Positions 32,071 through 33,865 of a stretch of 33,865 bases of DNA are shown here, piece after piece. The position numbers were made by a program, and so were the translations under genes. Source of the DNA: Octopus bimaculoides (lineage: Eukaryota); the NCBI RefSeq assembly GCF_001194135.2, contig NC_068983.1:45553065-45586929 (forward strand), in the 5' to 3' direction. The stretch's first letter is position 1. Each line of letters opens with the position of its first letter. The notes under the pieces are model-generated. The model worked only from the letters and a program-made list of their open reading frames with translations. It made no database searches and had not been told where the DNA came from.

Positions 32071-32711
32071 CTTGTTTGAAATTGGATGAATCCTTCGAGA
32101 AAAGAGTAAGACACCTTCTTTGCAATACCACTACCTCATCGGTTTCTCAGTGTAGAACTTGACTGGGTATAGAAGTTGCTTATAGGAGCTGTTGTTGTTG
32201 TTGTTGTTGTTGTTGTTGTGTTGCACATGGCGATTGTTGAAATTTGATTTAGTTCTAAAAGGTTCGTGACGACTTTGTCTTTGTTGTTGTTGTTTTGATG
32301 TTGTCGATGATGATGATGAAGACAACGACAACGACGGCGACGGTGGTGGCGGCGTCGGTGGCGGTATCNNNNNNNNNNNNNNNNNNNNNNNNNNNNNNNN
32401 NNNNNNNNNNNNNNNNNNNNNNNNNNNNNNNNNNNNNNNNNNNNNNNNNNNNNNNNNNNNNNNNNNNNNNNNNNNNNNNNNNNNNNNNNNNNNNNNNNNN
32501 NNNNNNNNNNNNNNNNNNNNNNNNNNNNNNNNNNNNNNNNNNNNNNNNNNNNNNNNNNNNNNNNNNNNNNNNNNNNNNNNNNNNNNNNNNNNNNNNNNNN
32601 NNNNNNNNNNNNNNNNNNNNNNNNNNNNNNNNNNNNNNNNNNNNNNNNNNNNNNNNNNNNNNNNNNNNNNNNNNNNNNNNNNNNNNNNNNCTCAGTATTA
32701 TAATTGCTGTT

Positions 32712-32835
32712 TTACTTTAAAGATTTCCAACGGGATGAACGGAGAATTTGACCTCGATAGAATTTCAACACGGAAAGCAGAGAGCTAGAAGAAATGATGC
32801 TAAGTATATTTTCCGATGCCCTAACAATTCTACCA
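32712..32835 (-). mobile_element. SINE family B, very degenerate
   Basis: GGATGAACGGAGAATTTGACCTCGATAGAATTTCAACAC...GCTAAG...CTAACAATTCTACCA. Confidence 0.5.
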
Positions 32836-33460
32836 CAAATCTGCCATTTCGCTGCTGGATATTTTTCTGAGATTGGACTTGTATTTACGAGTTCTTTATT
32901 GGAAACGATATTAACCAGCTTATATTGTTGTTGTGGTTGTTGAGGTTGTCTTTATCGTTGGCGTTGTTGCTGTTGTCGTTATTTTTGTTTTTGCTATCGT
33001 CATTACTTATTGCTATTGTTGATTTTTCAGTGGTCAAAATCCTCTTTCATTCGTAATAAAAACACCGGATATATCAATATTGGTTTTGTTTCAACGTATT
33101 AGCGCTTTGTTGTACAATATCTTTTTTCTATTTTCTTTTTGAGATATTTGTGTGTTTCCTATGCAGCTGTCACAACTTACGCTTGTTTGGCGGAGCGTAT
33201 CTTGCGACACGTAGCTGAATGTTAACAAAAAAATAATAAAATGAAAAGAGAAACAGAAAAACATGCTTTCAAAAGCATATTCTTCCATACTCAGCGGGAG
33301 ATTAAAAAAAGTGTCAGTAATGTTCATTTCTCTTTGAATCAGTTCAAACGAATTTACACACGAAAAGTAATCCAATTTTGAATATAAATCACAAAATGTC
33401 TCCAGAAATGGAAGTGCTATGAAAGACGACTGACCGCGACGACAACAACACTAATAATAA

Positions 33461-33643
33461 CCATTTCTGCTATAGGCACAAGGCCTAGAATTTATGGGGA
33501 GGGGATAGTCATTTATCTTGACTTCAGCATTTGACTGGTACTTAATTTATTGACCCCTCGGTGGAATTTGAACTCAGAATGTAAAGACAGACGAAGTACC
33601 ACTAAGCATTTCACCCGGCGTGCTAACGATTCTGCCAGCTCGC
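33461..33643 (-). mobile_element. SINE family B with an internal ~25-bp deletion
   Basis: CTCGGTGGAATTTGAACTCAGAATGTAAAGACAGACGAA...CCCGGCGTGCTAACGATTCTGCCAGCTCGC; the GAAAGGATGAAAGGCAAAG segment found in other copies is missing. Confidence 0.88.
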
Positions 33644-33649
33644 AGCTTT

Positions 33650-33853
<204 letters not shown>

Positions 33854-33865
33854 AAATGCCCTGAT

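Larger units (their letters stand above)
2314..32690. other. Seven assembly gaps: 2314-2761, 4805-5752, 8938-9716, 12303-12700, 20328-20704, 31923-31933, 32369-32690
   Basis: Runs of N, six of them abutting simple repeats (short-read assembly breaks). Confidence 0.99.

Overview
AT-rich, microsatellite-dense eukaryotic DNA with seven N-gaps. It is most consistent with an octopus genome; this is inferred from the SINE families and repeat style, not from a database search. No host protein-coding exon could be confidently identified, and the window looks intronic or intergenic. It contains about 20 tRNA-derived SINE copies from at least five modular families, three with clean target-site duplications (TSDs). 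It also holds decayed remnants of a Helitron helicase, an R4/Dong LINE, RTE LINEs, two mariner ends, a MITE and a Penelope-like repeat with a degenerate minimal hammerhead motif. The main find is a complete 1,877-bp minus-strand element (27052-28928) flanked by a 9-bp TSD. It encodes only a decayed ~520-aa gag/ORF1-like protein with a zinc knuckle and no endonuclease or RT, resembling a 'half-LINE' non-autonomous retroposon. Its ORF contains an ungapped 79-bp inverted repeat (67/79 identical) whose core differences are synonymous. A divergent homologue of the same ORF1 lies at 13.45-14.1 kb. Other leads are a textbook recursive-splice (AG|GTGAGT) signature on the minus strand at 21.33 kb, a five-copy head-to-head SINE cluster able to form long dsRNA, and a LINE 3' end carrying two intact C2H2 fingers. 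All alignments were done by eye.
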